The translations under genes were made by a program, and so were the position numbers. Under the pieces are notes generated by a model. The model was not told the origin of the DNA. It searched no databases and saw only the letters and a program-made list of their open reading frames with translations. Positions 23,641 to 33,183 of a DNA stretch of 33,183 nt are shown here, piece after piece. Position 1 is the first letter of the stretch. The number at the start of each line of letters is the position of its first letter. Source of the DNA: Malacoraja senta (Eukaryota); assembly GCA_038087875.1 (NCBI GenBank), contig JAXLNO010000159.1, forward strand, positions 1-33,183, read 5' to 3'.

Positions 23641-23753
23641 GATGGGCGGACCTGAAGAGTACCGTTGTGTTTGTGACGTTCACGTACGGATTCTCTCCCG
23701 TCCTCAAAACGCTGACAGAGTCCATCAGCACCGACACCATCTACGCCATGTCT
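23641..23753 (+). CDS. PIGC: Internal coding exon of phosphatidylinositol N-acetylglucosaminyltransferase subunit C (GPI-GnT complex, yeast Gpi2 homologue)
   Basis: Translates (R)[37 protein letters not shown], versus human PIGC as recalled: [38 protein letters not shown]. Polypyrimidine acceptor cttccctctctgtccacAG ends at 23640; donor GTGAGT at 23754-23759; phase 1 in, phase 0 out. Confidence 0.93.
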
Positions 23754-23789
23754 GTGAGTGTGTTTGGGACCCAGCCTCAATGATTGTTC

Positions 23790-23945
23790 CAGGAGGGAAC
23801 TGCAGGTGCTGGTTTACACCAAGGGCAGACACAAAGTGCTGGAGTAACTCGGCGGGACAGGCAGCATCCCTGGAGAGAAGGAATGGGTGACGTTTCGGGT
23901 CAAGACCCTTCTTCAGACTGAGACTCGGGGGAAAGGGAAACACCC
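23790..23945 (-). mobile_element. Penelope-derived repeat with a minimal hammerhead ribozyme core on the minus strand
   Basis: Minus strand of 23889-23916 reads CTGAAGA-A-GGG-TCTTGA-CCC-GAAAC-GTC. Confidence 0.7.
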
Positions 23946-23949
23946 AGAG

Positions 23950-24145
23950 ATGGATATTTTTAAGGCAGAGATGGATAGATTCTTGATTAGTACGGGTGTC
24001 AGGGGTTAAGGGGAGAAGGCAGGAGAATGGGGTTAGGAGTGAGAGATAGATCAGCCATGATTGAATGATGGAGTAGACTTGGTCTATCCCGCCATTCGGG
24101 CCGAATGGTCTAATTCTGCTCCTATCACTTATGATCTTATGACCT
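23950..24145 (+). mobile_element. CR1 3' tail fragment
   Basis: GGATATTTTTAAGGCAGAGAT...CCTATCACTTATGATCTTATGA. Confidence 0.85.
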
Positions 24146-24404
24146 TGCATGATTAAGTCCCTCGGTCTCCAACCCATCAAAGTCTTCCTCCCTGCTCCCT
24201 CCCCTGCACCCACTTCTCTGCAGCTTACTTGCCTCCTTACTGTTATGTCCATGTTAACCTCCCACTCTCTTTACTCCATTCAGCCCTTGCTATTTCACCA
24301 CCTTGGCCACACTCTCATTCCACCCCTGCCAGGAGCCTGAAAACTGTAACGTCCAGGCTCAGGAACAGATCCTTCCCCACTGCCTCCCCACTGCCTCCAT
24401 CCAC

Positions 24405-24550
24405 CGTCTATATCTCTCGTTTCCCTTATCCCTAACACTCAGTCTGAAGAAGGGCCTCAACCCGAAACGTCATCCATTCCTTCTCTCCAGAGATGCTGCC
24501 TGTCCCGCTAAGTTACTCCAGCTTTTAGCATCTATCTTTGTATTAAACAC
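24405..24550 (+). mobile_element. Penelope-derived repeat with a minimal hammerhead ribozyme core on the plus strand
   Basis: CTGAAGA (24444-24450), A-GGG-CCTCAA-CCC, GAAAC, GTC (ends 24471); inverted relative to 23790-23945. Confidence 0.7.
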
Positions 24551-24567
24551 CACAGCCTCCATGTATA

Positions 24568-26186
24568 CAGTGGCTTGGAAAAGTATTCATACCCCTTGAA
24601 CTTTTCCACATTTTGTCACGTTACAACCACAAACGTAAATGTATTTTATTGGGATTTTATGTGATAGACCAACACAAAGTGGCGCATAATTGTGAAGTGG
24701 AAGGAAAATGATACATGGTTTTCAAATTTTTTTACAAATAAAAAACTGAAAAGTGTCGCGTGCAAAAGTATTCAGCCCCCTTTACTTTGATACCCCTAAA
24801 TAAAATCCAGTGCAACCAATTGCCTTCAGAAGTCACCTAATTAGTAAATAGAGTTAACTTGTGTGTAATCTAATCTCAGTATAAATACAGCTGTTCTGTG
24901 AAGGCCTCAGAGGTTTGTTAGAGAACATTAGTGAACAAACAGCATCATGAAGCCCAAGGAACACACCAGACAGGTCAATGATAAAGTTGTGGAGAAGTTT
25001 AAAGCAGGGTTAGGTTATAAAAAAATATCCCAAGCTTTGAACATCTCACGGAGCACTGTTCAATCCATCATCCGAAAATGGAAAGAGTATGGCACAACTG
25101 CAAACCTACCAAGACATAGCCGTCCACCTAAACTGACAGGCCGGGCAAGGAGAGCATTGATCAGAGAAGCAGCCAAGAGGCCCATGGTAACTCTGGAGGA
25201 GCTGCAGAGATCCACAGCTCAGGTGGGAGAATCTGTCCACAGGACAACTATTAGTCGTGCACTCCACAAATCGGGCCTTTATGGAAGAGTGGCAAGAAGA
25301 AAGCCATTGTTGAAAAAAAGCCATAAGAAGTCCAGTTTGCAGTTTGCCACAAGCCATGTGGGGGACACAGCAAACATGTGGAGGAAGGTGCTCTGGTCAG
25401 ATGAGACCAAAATTGAAGTTTTTGGCCTAAATGCAAAACGCTATGTGTGGCAGAAACCTAACACTGCACATCACCCTGAACACACCATCCCCACTGTGAA
25501 ACATGGTGGTGGCAGCATCATGCTGTGGGGATGCTTTTCTTCAGCTGGGACAGGGAAGCTGGTCAGAGTTGATGGGAAGATGGATGGAGCCAAATACAGG
25601 GCAATCTTGGAGGAAAACCTCTTAGAGTCTGCAAAAGACTTGAGACTGGGGCGGAGGTTCACCTTCCAGCAGGGCAACGACCCTAAACATACAGCCAGAG
25701 CTACAATGGAATGGTTTAGATCAAAGCATATTCATGTGTTAGAATGGTCCTGTTAAAGTCCAGACCTAAATCCAATTGAGAATCTCTGGCAAGACTTGAA
25801 AATTGCTGTTCACAGACGCTCTCCATCCAATCTGACTGAGCTTGAGCTATTTTGCAAAGAAGAATGGGGCAAAAATTTCAGTCTCTAGATGTGCAAAGCT
25901 GGTAGAGACATACCCCAAAAGACTTGCAGCTGTAATTGCAGCGAAAGGTGGTTCTACAAAGTATTGACTCAGGGGGGCTGAATACTTTTGCACGCCACAC
26001 TTTTCAGTTTTTTATTTGTAAAAAAATTTGAAAACCATGTATCATTTTCCTTCCACTTCACAATTATGCACCACTTTGTGTTGGTCTATCACATACAATC
26101 CCAATAAAATACATTTTACGTTTGTGGTTGTAACGTGACAAAATGTGGAAAAGTTCAAGGGGTATGAAAACTTTTGCAAGCCACTG
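24568..26186 (+). mobile_element. Full-length Tc1 DNA transposon (1619 bp, IR/DR-type long TIRs)
   Basis: TA TSDs at 24566-24567 and 26187-26188; CAGTG...CACTG ends; TIRs of about 214 bp (24568-24781 and about 25972-26186) with outer AAAAGTATTCATACCCCT and inner AAAAGTATTCAGCCCCCT direct repeats. Confidence 0.96.
24947..25967 (+). pseudogene. Tc1 DD34E transposase, inactivated
   Basis: Paired-like HTH, WSDETK and [11 protein letters not shown] motifs. The second catalytic D reads G (QQGND), there is a premature TAA at 25754-25756 and a +1 frameshift near 25866-25869; the natural stop TGA is at 25965-25967. Confidence 0.93.
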
Positions 26187-26354
26187 TATACTCTGACTTG
26201 AGGGCATTAATTTTGTCTTTTTCCTTTTTCCTTGTTTGTTTTCTACATTGTATGTACTTATGTATATACGTGTACATATATATATACAGATGGTTTTATG
26301 TATCTATGTTTTATATATATGTACATATTTGTGTACAGTATATATATATATATG

Positions 26355-26607
26355 CACATACACACTAACACACACACTAACACACACACACTAACACACA
26401 CACTAACACACACACACACACACACACACACTGACACACACACACACACACACACACACACCAACACACACACACACACACTAACACACACACACACACA
26501 CACTGACACACACACACACACACACACACCAACACACACACACACACACACACACATACACACACACACACACACCAACACACACACCAACACACCAACA
26601 CACACAC

Positions 26608-26689
<82 letters not shown>

Positions 26690-26712
26690 ACACACACACA
26701 CACACACATACA

Positions 26713-26759
<47 letters not shown>

Positions 26760-26781
26760 ACACAGACACACACACATACAG

Positions 26782-26813
<32 letters not shown>

Positions 26814-26858
26814 ACACACACACACACACACACATACACACACACACACACACACACA

Positions 26859-26898
<40 letters not shown>

Positions 26899-27082
26899 CA
26901 CACACACACTAACACACACACATACACTAACACACCCACACACACTAACACACACACTAACATACAGACACACACACACACACACACACACACTAACCCA
27001 AACACACACACTTACACACAAATGCACACACACGCTCACACACTACCCAAACACACACACACACACACAGTTACACACACAC

Positions 27083-27154
<72 letters not shown>

Positions 27155-27252
27155 ACACACACAGACACCACACACACACACTCACATACACACACACACA
27201 GACACACACACACACACACACACACCCGCACGCACGCACGCACGCACACACA
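26355..27252 (+). repeat. Interrupted (CA)n microsatellite, about 0.9 kb
   Basis: CA repeat with CTAAC, CCAAC and CAGAC interruptions, preceded by TA-rich sequence. Confidence 0.98.
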
Positions 27253-27259
27253 TATTAAG

Positions 27260-27350
27260 GTCCTTCTCTCCAGAGATGCTGCCTGTCCCGCTGAGTTACT
27301 CCAGCATTTTGTGTCTATCTTTGGTTTAAACCAGCATCTGCTGTTACTTC
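27260..27350 (+). mobile_element. Penelope-derived repeat fragment separating the CA and TG tracts
   Basis: CCTTCTCTCCAGAGATGCTGCCTGTCCCGCTGAGTTACTCCAGCATTTTGTGTCTA matches 24479-24535 and 14841-14896. Confidence 0.75.
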
Positions 27351-27375
27351 CTATATATATAAATAGATATATATA

Positions 27376-33009
<5,634 letters not shown>

Positions 33010-33183
33010 GATAGTTTCTGGCCTGAAATTAGCAGACTACCTTGAAACAACACAGGTGAAGTCACGAGAAACTGATAAGCCTCCAGAATTTTAATTACAA
33101 TTTTTTTAATATATTATGTCAATCAAATGTGATTTTTGGTAATACAATCGCCCTGAACTAATTTAAATATGGAAATTCTGTTA

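Noticed and set aside
24947..25756. 269-aa ORF as a functional transposase
   Set aside because: It stops before the catalytic E and the second D is mutated to G.

Overview
Repeat-dense vertebrate genomic DNA, most likely from a cartilaginous fish (skate/ray). This is inferred from the repeat content: CR1/HER1-like LINEs, HE1/V-type tRNA SINEs, Rex1/Babar and Penelope-derived fragments. The only host-gene sequence I can recognise is one 113-bp internal coding exon of PIGC (23641-23753, + strand) with canonical AG/GT splice sites, so most of the window is probably PIGC intron; the mammalian PIGC CDS is uninterrupted. Major insertions are a 5'-truncated L1 with a 17-bp TSD and an ORF2 one base short of intact, a complete but inactivated 1.6-kb IR/DR Tc1 transposon, a Harbinger-type MITE carrying a 22-bp minisatellite, and an unclassified ~1-kb element with short TIRs. 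Three very large dinucleotide tracts are present: (CA)n ~2 kb, (CA)n ~0.9 kb and (TG)n ~5.6 kb. Penelope-type fragments with minimal hammerhead ribozyme cores cluster around the exon. I cannot demonstrate a wholly new system from the sequence alone. The best leads are the intron-containing PIGC and the complementary AC/UG and hammerhead-bearing repeats around its exon. Boundaries of degenerate repeats are approximate.
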